Shown here piece by piece: positions 1 to 9,290 of a DNA stretch of 64,000 nt (positions are counted from its first letter, which is position 1; the number at the start of each line of letters is the position of its first letter). Source of the DNA: an uncultured Ignavibacteria bacterium. GTDB taxonomy: Bacteria > Zixibacteria > MSB-5A5 > JAABVY01. The translations under genes and the position numbers were made by a program. The DNA is taken from NCBI GenBank assembly GCA_964627935.1, contig CAZVLB010000007.1:98457-162456 (forward strand), in the 5' to 3' direction. The notes beneath the pieces were generated by a model that worked only from the letters and a program-made list of their open reading frames with translations, was not told the DNA's origin and ran no database searches.

Positions 1-271
1 TTATGAGCGTCGTGAAGTTAATCAGCCTGTTCATGGGCATTTTGCGGCTGGCCCGTGAATACAGCGAAACAACCGGTGCGGTAACAAGCGCGGTGATAAT
101 AAACACCAGCGGGAGCATCTCCGGACTGACCTTGACAAGAAACAGCGAATCCCTGGCCGGTTTGAGGAAATAATAGGTTACCAGGAGCAGGTAGTAGTTT
201 AGAAACATCAAAAGCGTCAGGGCAATTTCACCCTTGCGTATATCGAATATGGAACCGAAGATCTTTTTCAT
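1..271 (-). CDS. Partial CDS (N-terminal ~90 aa; rest lies outside the window) of a polytopic membrane transporter. The N-terminus resembles the TLC/nucleotide (ADP/ATP) translocase-like MFS family.
   Basis: Reverse-strand translation starting at ATG 271..269 reads MKKIFGSIFDIRKGEIALTLLMFLNYYLLLVTYYFLKPARDSLFLVKVSPEMLPLVFIITALVTAPVVSLYSRASRKMPMNRLI.... This gives hydrophobic TM segments and a NY..L...KPARDSL motif reminiscent of the TLC family. The frame runs open to the window edge. It lies 50 bp downstream of, and co-directional with, the histidine kinase. Confidence 0.35.
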   Translation of the reverse strand, partial: MKKIFGSIFDIRKGEIALTLLMFLNYYLLLVTYYFLKPARDSLFLVKVSPEMLPLVFIITALVTAPVVSLYSRASRKMPMNRLINFTTLI

Positions 272-320
272 TTCAATCCAGTTTCTGAGGCAAAAGATAA
301 ACCCTCAATTAACAGCACTC

Positions 321-2477
321 TCAGCCATTATCAAGGATTTTGTCCAGATTCATGGGAAGCTTTATAATAAAGGTCGTGCCCTTTTCCGGTTCGCTTTCCA
401 CCTCGATCCTGCCGTGATGCGATTTTATAATTTGATAACAGATCGATAGACCCAGGCCGGTGCCCACGCCAACACCCTTGGTGGTAAATCCGGGATCGAA
501 GATCTTAGCCCTGATCTTATCCGGGATTCCATGCCCGGTGTCGCTGATTCTTACAACTACCATATTGTCTTCGACCGCAGTCCTTATGGTTATCTTGCCC
601 TTGCCTTTTATGGCCTGACGGGCATTGATGATAATATTAAGGAAGACCTGATTGAGTTCACCGGCAAAACATGGAATTTTCGGCAAATCACCATATTTGC
701 GCACAACCTCGATATCATGTTTCAGCTCATGATGCGCCAGTGTCAGTGTATCCTCAAGCGCTTCATTAATATCTGTTTCCTTTAGTTCGGCTTCATCCAG
801 GCGCGCGAAACTTTTTAACCTGCGCACGATATTGGTAACACGGCCCGAGCCGCTTTCGATCACATTATTTGCCTCGGCGATTATCTGCAGGTATTTGTTG
901 AGCTGGTCCCGGAGCTCCGGGCTGGTATCCTCCATATTATTCAGGATATCTTCAATCTTTTTGACCGCCCGCACCAGCGTGTTGTGCATGCTGTTGATTG
1001 CCCCCACAGGGGTGTTTATCTCATGAGCCACACCCGCTACCAGCATGCCCATGGAGGCCATTTTTTCTGACTGCACCAGCTGAGACTGTGTATTGCGTAT
1101 CTCGCGATTGGCGGCTTCAAGATCGGCCATTGCTTTTTCCAGCTTTTTGGCTTCCTCGAGCTCTTTTTTCTGGAATTCTATTTTCTGCTCCAGAAGTTTA
1201 TGCTCCAGTTCCTGCTCTCGCGCCTTGACTTCCTGTTGCACGGTCACCTCCGAGAGCCTTTTAACCTCGCTCAGTTGTTTTTGCAGGTCGATATGAGTGT
1301 CGGAAAAATTCTTGGCCAGGTACATTGCCTCACAGATAAGCAAAGCCGCGATTCCGAACAGGTAATAAAAATAGTAGCCCGGTATAATCGGCGGGAAAAT
1401 ACCCAGATCCATGAGCATCTCATACACCGCCAGAAGCACAAACAGCATAAAACCGACACCGATAAGCCAGGCTGACCTCTTTTTGCGAGTTATGGCCATA
1501 ATCACGACACGCACAGATTCGGCCAGCACCACAAGAGAATAGATGTATACAAAGGCCCGATGCAGGGGCACAACGCCCGGCAGAAGAATCACCCCGGCAA
1601 CCAGAAAGACCCAGAATTGACGCGGCAGTTTTTCATGAAACAGGCTGTAGACGAACAGCAGGCTGAACACTGAGGCAACTATGATCGATATTTTCAAGCC
1701 GGATACCAGAATTATAAAGGTGCTTATTTCGTAGATTCTGTCGGTCTCGGGCGGGAAATAGGCCATTGCCGCAAAACCCAGTGATACCAGCGCAAAATAT
1801 AAGTTGGAGACATCCCGGGGCGGAAATAGATACATAAAAATGGCAACCAGGAAAAAGGCAATCGCCAGACCCACGAAAAACATCTGGTTGGCCGCCAGTC
1901 CCTTTATGCCCTGTTCGAAACGGGTTATACCGGTCTCGTAATCGGCAATCCCGACCATCATGCCCCAGCCCATGTTTTCTGGACTTTTCCCCTCATGACC
2001 AAACCGAATCGCCAGAATATGAGGGCCGGAATCAGGCAATACAAATCTGATCGGGCGATAGAAGCTGGTGACAATATTCTTAAACTTACCGGGATCATCG
2101 GAAATATTGCCCAATCTGTCCGCCAGCCGGCCATCGATATAAATCTCGGCCGCCCCCAGCATCATCACGGTCAACCCGAGTTCATGCCCTATAAGCACGC
2201 TGTCTACCGAAAGCTCAAGACGGAACCATCCGACACCGTCCCAGCCGGGTAAATCAGCTGTGCTGATCTTTTGATTTTCCAGCCAGCCACTGTGATCATA
2301 GGATGGATCGGCGAAGATACTGCTGTCATGAGGATTGTATCGCCATACCCCGCGGATAGCGACTGTATCGCCGGCCATTATGCTTTCGCTTTTTATATGA
2401 AATGCGTCAGCTTGTAGAATTCCTGGCAAACATGCCATGCAAAAAAGGGCAGCTAAAAGCAGCCAGGATATATTCAT
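321..2477 (-). CDS. Sensor histidine kinase of the 7TMR-DISM type: periplasmic 7TMR-DISMED2-like domain, 7TM region, coiled coil, HisKA and HATPase_c.
   Basis: It has a signal peptide (MNISWLLLAALFCMACLPG) and seven hydrophobic helices. A long coiled coil (LEEAKKLEKAMADLEAANREIRNTQSQL) follows. The H-box is HEINTPVGAINSMHNTL. The G1/G2 boxes are ISDTGHGIP...GTGLGLSICYQII. I place the start at ATG 2477 (MNISW) rather than the ORF-track start at 2591, because the signal peptide begins there. Confidence 0.85.
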   Translation of the reverse strand: MNISWLLLAALFCMACLPGILQADAFHIKSESIMAGDTVAIRGVWRYNPHDSSIFADPSYDHSGWLENQKISTADLPGWDGVGWFRLELSVDSVLIGHELGLTVMMLGAAEIYIDGRLADRLGNISDDPGKFKNIVTSFYRPIRFVLPDSGPHILAIRFGHEGKSPENMGWGMMVGIADYETGITRFEQGIKGLAANQMFFVGLAIAFFLVAIFMYLFPPRDVSNLYFALVSLGFAAMAYFPPETDRIYEISTFIILVSGLKISIIVASVFSLLFVYSLFHEKLPRQFWVFLVAGVILLPGVVPLHRAFVYIYSLVVLAESVRVVIMAITRKKRSAWLIGVGFMLFVLLAVYEMLMDLGIFPPIIPGYYFYYLFGIAALLICEAMYLAKNFSDTHIDLQKQLSEVKRLSEVTVQQEVKAREQELEHKLLEQKIEFQKKELEEAKKLEKAMADLEAANREIRNTQSQLVQSEKMASMGMLVAGVAHEINTPVGAINSMHNTLVRAVKKIEDILNNMEDTSPELRDQLNKYLQIIAEANNVIESGSGRVTNIVRRLKSFARLDEAELKETDINEALEDTLTLAHHELKHDIEVVRKYGDLPKIPCFAGELNQVFLNIIINARQAIKGKGKITIRTAVEDNMVVVRISDTGHGIPDKIRAKIFDPGFTTKGVGVGTGLGLSICYQIIKSHHGRIEVESEPEKGTTFIIKLPMNLDKILDNG

Positions 2478-2970
2478 CGCGCTTTTTCTATAGTCTGTTT
2501 CACTTTTCAAATTATAATCCAAATCTCCAAAAAATCTCTGACAAGTATACTCCATTTCAGCCAAAATGTTAATTATAAAATAGAAAATCAAGCATCGGGT
2601 CGATGCTTTTTGGGAGTAATTCTTTAACTAATGTCTGCAATTCCAAAGCCTGTTTGATTTTCCAGCGATTTATAGCTCTCAATATCCCCTCAGAAACACG
2701 AACTGCATCCATAAAATATTGTATGCCAATCACATAGAACTATTTTTTAAAACTGGCGCATTGCTCCGGCTAACCTGTAATCGTTAATTAATTAACTTCT
2801 AATATTCAGCTAACACAAATAGTCATAAATCTCTGTTTCTTAGCGAGTGATAATGGGAACGTGAACCTGTATTTATGAAATCGTATCGTAAACATCGCTA
2901 TTTAAGAATATTGAATGGATTCAAAATAAATTAAAAGGATTTACTTTATTAGTATGTATCTGGAGGTACT

Positions 2971-5874
2971 ATGCTTTTATCAAATGAGAGAAACTATCAG
3001 AAAAATCTTTTGCGATTATTTATCTTAACAAGCTTTTTGATCCTGTTGTTTATCCCTGATTCCCACGCAGCCACAACCGGTAAGATTTCCGGCACTGTCT
3101 ATGACGCCGAAACCGGTGAGACCATACCAAGCACCGTTGTAATGATCCCAGAACACAAACTTGGCGCACAGACTGATCTTGATGGCCGCTTTACAATCAT
3201 GGACGTGCCTCCTGGTGCGCATACTGTCGAAGTCAAGGTTGCCGGTTATGCCAATATGACTATCAACAATGTGGAGGTGGTGGCTGGTAAAACTTATAAA
3301 CTGGAACCTGTACTCAAGCCTGAGGCATTCCAGGATGAGGATGTAGTTGTGGAGGCCAAAATGGACAAAACAACCATTGATGCATCCATCACGCGCAAGA
3401 AAAATGCAGATGTCGTCATGGATATAGTGTCGGTTGATGAAATCAGCAAGGCCGGTGGCGGAACCGCGGCCGAGGGCCTTTCCCGTGTTGTTGGCGGATC
3501 AACAACTGATGGCGGCAAAAAGACTATCATCAGGGGCGCCCCGGGAAGATTTGTCAGCTTCCAGATGAATGGTACCGAAATGACCAGCGCCGATCCAAAC
3601 GAGAAAACATATCACACCGATATGATTCCCTCTGACATCCTGGAGAATATCAGCGTCGAGAAGACATTCTCGCCCGATAAACCGGGCAACTTCTCAGGCG
3701 GAGTGGTCAACATCAACACCAAGACATTCCCGGAATCATTTACATTAAAGGCCTCCGTTTCCAGTTCATACAATACTCTGTCAACTTACGAGGATAATTT
3801 CCTGCGCTATGAAGGAGGCGATGATGACTGGCTGGGGATGGATGATGGTACCAGGGATTTGCCGGACATGATCAAAGAAAGGGACATTCCCTCGTTCAAT
3901 GACGCCTTAACCGACAATGGAAAAGCCTGGCTTCTGGATACGCTTTCCAAAGAATTCAACGGTATCTATAATCCTTATCAAAAGTCCGCCCCATTAAACG
4001 GCAGTTACGCTTTCTCGGTCGGCAACAAGACCACATTGTTCGGACAGGAATTCGGCTATATGGGCAGTTTGAACTACAGGCGCAGCTACGATTTCTATGA
4101 AGGCGGCAGGGTGGCCCGTTACCGCGTCAAAGGCGATCAGGCCTCGACACTGGATAATGAATGGGCCTTCAGTGATTCCAGGGGTACCGAGGATGTTTTC
4201 TGGGGCGGACTGTTCACATCATCATACAAGCTACACAGAAATCATGAGTTCACTTTCAATTATATCCATTCCCAGAATGGGGAATCTCAGGCCCGTTATT
4301 TGACCGGTAGATTTTTTGATGGCAACCTGCCGGATGGTTCAATCTATGAAACCCGCGTGCTGGGATATACTGAAAGAACACAGAATACCTACCAGTTCAA
4401 CGGCAAGAATTATATGCCGGGTATTCTCAAATCCACGATTGAATGGAACTTCACATACAATGACAGCAAGCAGGATCAGCCCGACCTTAGATTCTTCTCA
4501 AACGATTACACGATCGACGAAGAGACCGGCGAACGAGACTATGGTATCCAGAAAAGTGGATATACCCTGCCGACGCGCTATTACCGCGAGCTGCATGAAA
4601 AGACCCGCAGTTTCAGCATTAAGTGGTCGATCCCCTTCAAGCAGTGGAACGGCCTGAACAGCAAGGTCAGCTTCGGTTCACTCTTTTCCGAGAAGAACCG
4701 CAATAACTATGAAAGAATTTTCAGGGTTTGGACCGGAGACCGCAGTTACAATTATGATGGCGATCCGGATGCATTTTTCTCGGATGATAACTTCGGTATT
4801 GTCGACAGCACATATAATCCCTTCAGCCAGACCTGGCGTTATGTCTATAATCTCTATTATGTTGACATGAGCGAGGATCGCTCCAATTACACCGGTGACG
4901 AGAATATCGATGCCGGATTCGCCATGATTGAACTTCCGCTGCACAGCAAACTGAAATTTATCGGCGGCGCCCGTTATGAACGCACTTATTCGGAAGTTGT
5001 CACCCAAGACTCCAGCTATGCGTCGGGCATTATTGATGAAGATGATATTCTGCCCTCGGTCAATATGATATATAAAATCGGTGAAAACATGAACCTGCGC
5101 GGCGCCTACGGCCGTACCCTGGCCCGTCCCAATTTCCGTGAGATGGCTCCGGTGGTTATGTATGAGTTTGCCGATGGTTACTATTTCGTCGGTAATCCCA
5201 ATCTTAAACGCACCCTGATCGACAATTTCGACCTGCGCTGGGAAATCTTCCCGCGTATCGGCGAAGTCATGGCCGCCAGCCTGTTCTACAAGCACTTCGA
5301 TCAGCCGATCGAAAGAGCGATAAAGCATGAAAACGGCGAAATTCAGTATCAGAATGTGGATGAGGCACGTGTCTACGGGGCCGAGTTCGAGATTCGCAAA
5401 CGTCTCGATTTCATGGGCAAACTGTTTCGCAATTTCAGCACCGGCGCCAATCTTTCTCTGATTCATTCTGCAGTGAAGATTCCTGAACTGAGATTGTCAT
5501 ACATTAAAGAGTATGATCCCAATGCCAAAGATACCCGTCCTCTGCAGGGCCAATCGGATTATATCGTAAACTTCATGCTCAGCTATGATAACTATGCTTC
5601 GAACACAAGCGCCACGGTATCATTCAATGTTTATGGTGAAAGACTCTCCGAGGTGGCCGAACGTGCCACACCGGATATCTATGAACAGCCCAGGCCGGAA
5701 CTCAATTTTGTGATGTCGCAGGGCATTTTCTCCAATTTCACATTCAAAATGTCCGTCAAGAATATCCTCAATTCCACCTATAAGAAGGTTCACACCTACC
5801 TTGATGAGGATTATGTGTCTCACGAACATGATACGGGACGCAAACTTTCATTAGGCATAAGCTACTCAATATAA
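2971..5874 (+). CDS. TonB-dependent outer-membrane receptor with an N-terminal carboxypeptidase-regulatory-like (CarbopepD_reg) domain and a plug domain.
   Basis: A signal peptide is followed by GKISGTVYDAETGETIP...DLDGRFTIMDVPPGAHTVEVKVAGYANMTINNVEVVAGKTYKLEPVL, which matches CarbopepD_reg_2. The plug motif is VVMDIVSVDEISKAGGGTAAEGLSRVVGG. A long beta-rich C-terminal barrel rich in Y/N/G/F ends ...LSLGISYSI. Confidence 0.8.
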   Translation: MLLSNERNYQKNLLRLFILTSFLILLFIPDSHAATTGKISGTVYDAETGETIPSTVVMIPEHKLGAQTDLDGRFTIMDVPPGAHTVEVKVAGYANMTINNVEVVAGKTYKLEPVLKPEAFQDEDVVVEAKMDKTTIDASITRKKNADVVMDIVSVDEISKAGGGTAAEGLSRVVGGSTTDGGKKTIIRGAPGRFVSFQMNGTEMTSADPNEKTYHTDMIPSDILENISVEKTFSPDKPGNFSGGVVNINTKTFPESFTLKASVSSSYNTLSTYEDNFLRYEGGDDDWLGMDDGTRDLPDMIKERDIPSFNDALTDNGKAWLLDTLSKEFNGIYNPYQKSAPLNGSYAFSVGNKTTLFGQEFGYMGSLNYRRSYDFYEGGRVARYRVKGDQASTLDNEWAFSDSRGTEDVFWGGLFTSSYKLHRNHEFTFNYIHSQNGESQARYLTGRFFDGNLPDGSIYETRVLGYTERTQNTYQFNGKNYMPGILKSTIEWNFTYNDSKQDQPDLRFFSNDYTIDEETGERDYGIQKSGYTLPTRYYRELHEKTRSFSIKWSIPFKQWNGLNSKVSFGSLFSEKNRNNYERIFRVWTGDRSYNYDGDPDAFFSDDNFGIVDSTYNPFSQTWRYVYNLYYVDMSEDRSNYTGDENIDAGFAMIELPLHSKLKFIGGARYERTYSEVVTQDSSYASGIIDEDDILPSVNMIYKIGENMNLRGAYGRTLARPNFREMAPVVMYEFADGYYFVGNPNLKRTLIDNFDLRWEIFPRIGEVMAASLFYKHFDQPIERAIKHENGEIQYQNVDEARVYGAEFEIRKRLDFMGKLFRNFSTGANLSLIHSAVKIPELRLSYIKEYDPNAKDTRPLQGQSDYIVNFMLSYDNYASNTSATVSFNVYGERLSEVAERATPDIYEQPRPELNFVMSQGIFSNFTFKMSVKNILNSTYKKVHTYLDEDYVSHEHDTGRKLSLGISYSI

Positions 5875-5903
5875 GTCTCATTTGAGTATAGCTACTTCCA
5901 GAG

Positions 5904-5937
5904 GGAGCGGGATTTAAACAATCCCGCTCTTTTTTTA
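5904..5937 (+). terminator. Rho-independent terminator downstream of the TonB-dependent receptor gene.
   Basis: The hairpin agcgggatt-taaac-aatcccgct is followed by cttttttt, 30 nt after the stop codon. Confidence 0.65.
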
Positions 5938-6089
5938 TTCTCTAAGCTGTTGTAAATCAACAACCTGAGAAAAAAACAATCACTTCTTTGGAATATTTTA
6001 TACAAATATTGGAACAATATTAGACAATGCGGGGTTCTAGTAATTAGAAATTAGACAATAATGAAACAAACAATTAGGAGGACTTAAAA

Positions 6090-6281
6090 ATGGCACACAC
6101 TAACGAGAAGAAGAAAAGACTGGGATCAGGAATCAAATATGACGGACATCGTGGCTTCAAATATTACAGGGACAGCAACGGCCAGGTCTGGGCCTGCCAT
6201 CGCCGGGTAAATCCGGGCGCTGACTTTGCCGGCTCCGGATGCTGGATGGACGGTAGTGAGGAATTCACTCGCAACGATTAA
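6090..6281 (+). CDS. Small hypothetical protein (63 aa, basic, two Cys) with a strong RBS.
   Basis: AGGAGGACTTAAAAATG gives a near-consensus SD 7 nt upstream of the ATG. The ORF is flanked by the upstream terminator (5904-5937) and a downstream hairpin (6319-6350). I recognise no domain in MAHTNEKKKRLGSGIKYDGHRGFKYYRDSNGQVWACHRRVNPGADFAGSGCWMDGSEEFTRND. Confidence 0.4.
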   Translation: MAHTNEKKKRLGSGIKYDGHRGFKYYRDSNGQVWACHRRVNPGADFAGSGCWMDGSEEFTRND

Positions 6282-6318
6282 AAGTTTGCACTGACAACAT
6301 GGAACGACAACGGGCAAG

Positions 6319-6350
6319 GGCCGCTTCGTGAGAAGCGGTCTTTGTGTTTT
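6319..6350 (+). terminator. Terminator-like hairpin after the small ORF.
   Basis: The sequence ggccgcttc-gtga-gaagcggtc followed by tttgtgtttt lies 38 nt past the stop at 6281. It also lies just beyond the 3' end of the convergent LRR gene. Confidence 0.5.
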
Positions 6351-6357
6351 CAGGCCG

Positions 6358-7125
6358 TTAATTAATCACTTTCACACCGCGCGCCTGAAGCCCCGGGATC
6401 TGATTATCAAGAGCATTTTGCGACAGTGGATTCCCGGTCACCCTGATTTCAACCCCGCTTCCCAGGTTGCTGTTTTCCACCAATGGCCCCAGGTCAATGA
6501 CATTGTTATTGCTCAAATCAATAAGCCGCAACATGGCCAGTGATTTCAAGGGCGTCAGGTCATCGACATCGTTATCGGCAAACAACAAGATTTCAAGGTC
6601 CAGCATCACAGCCACGGCATTGATTTCTGCAATGCTGTTGGCATTGATACTCAGCTCCTTCATGTTGAGCATGCCGGAAAGGCCCGAAAACTCTTCTATC
6701 TGATTAGAATCCAGGTCTATTTTTTCGATATCCTGCAACGGCCCCAATGAGTTGATGATTTCTATATTATTGGACCTGATATACAGCTCGGTGACATTGA
6801 CCACGCCCGAAAGCGGCAGTATCGAGGCAATATCGTTATTATTCAGATTTAATGAGGCGGTCAGGTTTTTGCAATGGGACAATCCGGTAAGATTTGATAT
6901 ACCGCGCCCGGAAGCATCCAGTGAAATAATGGTCATCAGGTCGGAACGGTATATATCGCCCGTAGGCCTACCGATTTCTGACCTGATCGCATCCTCGAGC
7001 TCCGGATCGGGAATCGAAACAACAAAATCGGAAGGATTATTTATACCATCACTGTCGCCACCACAGGAAAAAAGAAAAAACATAAAAAGCATTGCTGTTA
7101 GTGGCTTCAATAAAACCGTCCTCAT
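6358..7125 (-). CDS. Leucine-rich-repeat (internalin-like LRR) lipoprotein.
   Basis: The signal peptide carries a lipobox (MLFMFFLFSCGG). Tandem ~22-aa LxxLxLxxNxI repeats are present, e.g. IEKIDLDSNQIEEFSGL, LNMKELSINANSIAEI and LRLIDLSNNNVIDLGPL. Confidence 0.7.
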   Translation of the reverse strand: MRTVLLKPLTAMLFMFFLFSCGGDSDGINNPSDFVVSIPDPELEDAIRSEIGRPTGDIYRSDLMTIISLDASGRGISNLTGLSHCKNLTASLNLNNNDIASILPLSGVVNVTELYIRSNNIEIINSLGPLQDIEKIDLDSNQIEEFSGLSGMLNMKELSINANSIAEINAVAVMLDLEILLFADNDVDDLTPLKSLAMLRLIDLSNNNVIDLGPLVENSNLGSGVEIRVTGNPLSQNALDNQIPGLQARGVKVIN

Positions 7126-7644
7126 GATAACTTATTGTCCTTTCTGAAAAATGCGGCTGCTCCGTTTGGACTCAACCATTAATATAGTAATCAAAGCTAT
7201 ATTGATTCTCAAGAAAATATATCAGCACAGGAAAAGGCCCGGAGATCATGCCCCGGGCCCTTTATACGCACTCCCATCGGAAGAGAGTTATCTATTCGCT
7301 TGAGGCAACCTCCTGCTTAACATACATTCCATCAAATCCAACATTCCATGTATTCCCGCCATTGAGAATGGGCGACAAACTGATCGGCCTGAACCATATT
7401 ACAGCTTATATACGAGATCAATTATGTCGTGTTTCATCGCGTATCGGAAAATCATCGACAAATATGCAAGCTGATGAGAGTTATTGCTTTAGATATTTTT
7501 TGTTGCCATCTTTAGGGCTTGTTTTTATAATTTATTCACTATGCCGTTTTGGACAATATTCTGGATGACAGTTCCGCCAATCGTATTAATCACCATCGAA
7601 CTTATATATTTCTTCAGGTGGAAAGATAAGGACAAAGAGGCCTG

Positions 7645-9288
7645 ATGGACGCTATTACCATCGGATTTGTGGGATACCTTGTGATCGTGCTGGTGGTCGG
7701 ATTCATTACCGCCCGCATGAATAAGACCCTGCCCGATTACCTGATTGCAGGACGCAAGCTGGGGTCATGGGTGACCGCCTTTTCCGAGCGGGCCTCGGGT
7801 GAATCGGCCTGGTTGCTTCTGGGATTGCCGGCTTTTGGATGGGCCTCGGGGTATATCGCATTCTGGGATGCTATCGGCTGTTGTTCCGGGATACTGTTTT
7901 CATGGCTGGTGATTGCACGACGTTTGCGTGCCGAAACCGAGAAATACGATTCGATCACTCTTCCGCGTTTCTTCGAGGCCAAGTATAATGACACGACCCA
8001 GATACTTAAGCTGACCTCAACCCTGATCATTGTCTTTTTTTTCACCCTCTATGTCGCCGCCCAGCTTCTTGGTGCGGGCAAAGTGCTCAATTTCTTTTTG
8101 GGAGTCAGCGAATTTTGGGGGATGATGATCGGCGGGGGGATTATACTCTTTTACACCATGATGGGCGGTTTCTTCGCCGTAGCCTGGACCGATCTATTTC
8201 AGGGCATACTGATGGTGGTCACATTGGTGCTGATTCCGCTTCTGGGCCTGATCACGCTGGGATTTTTTACGCCATTGCATGAAGCAGTTGTCAATTCTCC
8301 CGAGCTTTATATGCACACCCTGGCCGACGGCACTACAATAACGGCATGGCATGCCGGTCTGGCGCAACTGGGTTCAATACTGTCGGCGGGTGGTAATTTT
8401 CATCTGCTGAGTTTCTCCCTGAATAATCTTCTCGATCCTGCGGTGGTTTCATCCATACATCAGAACATGCAGTCTCAAAGCGTCGATTTCATATCGATAG
8501 TGGGTGGCAAATCGGGATGGCCAATGTGGGCCAGTATCCTGGGCGGACTGGGAATCGGTCTGGGATATATGGGCCAGCCGCATCTTTTGACAAGATTCAT
8601 GGCCATCAAGAGCGTCGACAAATTGCGCCAGGGCTCACTGGTTGCAATTATCTGGGCCCTTCTGGCTTTCTGGGGTGCTGTGCTTATAGGCATCGTGGCC
8701 AACGGCATAGTTCATACACAGTCGGTCGATTTCGGTCAGCTTACAATCCTCTACCATGATGCCGAAAAGGTCATGCCGTTCATGGCTACTTTGCTTTTGC
8801 CGGCCTGGCTGGCGGGTATACTGATATCGGGCTCGATTGCGGCCATGATGTCCACCGCCGACAGTCAACTTCTGGTGTCGACCTCGGCTGTTTCTGAGGA
8901 TGTTTATCATCAGATGATCAACAAGCAGGCCAAACAGCGCAGGCTGGTCATGATATCCCGCATAGCTACGCTGATGATCGGAATTGTGGCATTTATACTG
9001 GCCATTACTGCCAGCGACCTTGTCTATGACCTGGTGCTGTATGCATGGGCCGGGCTTGGTTCTGCCTTTGGGCCGGGGCTGTTGCTAACATTGTGGTGGA
9101 AACGTACCACGGCATGGGGCCTTCTGTCAGGCATGATAGTCGGCACGGCAACTGTGATAATCTGGAAAAATGTGCCCGCGCTGGATGCTTTCATCTATGA
9201 AATCATCCCGGGCTTCGTCTTTGCGCTGATATCGGTCGTGCTGGTCAGCCTGCTCACACAGAAGAGCTCTAAAACAGTGGAACTTTAA
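7645..9288 (+). CDS. Sodium:solute symporter family (SSF) transporter, PutP/SglT-like.
   Basis: It has about 13 TM helices. The N-terminus DYLIAGRKLGSWVTAFSERASGESAWLLLGLPAFGW is typical of SSF (Pfam SSF-like). A 505-bp upstream leader precedes it. Confidence 0.85.
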   Translation: MDAITIGFVGYLVIVLVVGFITARMNKTLPDYLIAGRKLGSWVTAFSERASGESAWLLLGLPAFGWASGYIAFWDAIGCCSGILFSWLVIARRLRAETEKYDSITLPRFFEAKYNDTTQILKLTSTLIIVFFFTLYVAAQLLGAGKVLNFFLGVSEFWGMMIGGGIILFYTMMGGFFAVAWTDLFQGILMVVTLVLIPLLGLITLGFFTPLHEAVVNSPELYMHTLADGTTITAWHAGLAQLGSILSAGGNFHLLSFSLNNLLDPAVVSSIHQNMQSQSVDFISIVGGKSGWPMWASILGGLGIGLGYMGQPHLLTRFMAIKSVDKLRQGSLVAIIWALLAFWGAVLIGIVANGIVHTQSVDFGQLTILYHDAEKVMPFMATLLLPAWLAGILISGSIAAMMSTADSQLLVSTSAVSEDVYHQMINKQAKQRRLVMISRIATLMIGIVAFILAITASDLVYDLVLYAWAGLGSAFGPGLLLTLWWKRTTAWGLLSGMIVGTATVIIWKNVPALDAFIYEIIPGFVFALISVVLVSLLTQKSSKTVEL

Positions 9289-9290
9289 GC

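Noticed and set aside
234-449. 71-aa + strand ORF overlapping the histidine kinase 3' end.
   Set aside because: It overlaps the HATPase_c coding region on the other strand. No support.
2478-2591. N-terminal extension of the histidine kinase in the ORF track (start at 2591).
   Set aside because: The extension (MIFYFIINILAEMEYTCQRF...) precedes an obvious signal peptide beginning at MNISW (ATG 2477). The 2590-2614 hairpin would abut the start.
4678-5466. 262-aa ORF antisense inside the TonB-dependent receptor gene.
   Set aside because: It is fully embedded opposite a 967-aa ORF with clear domains. It has no RBS and low-complexity composition. It is a typical shadow ORF.
6752-7147. 131-aa ORF antisense to the LRR lipoprotein.
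   Set aside because: Embedded opposite a gene that has a lipobox and LRR repeats. No RBS.
7248-7568. 106-aa ORF in the long leader upstream of the symporter.
   Set aside because: No RBS, odd composition, and it overlaps the GC hairpin. More likely non-coding leader.
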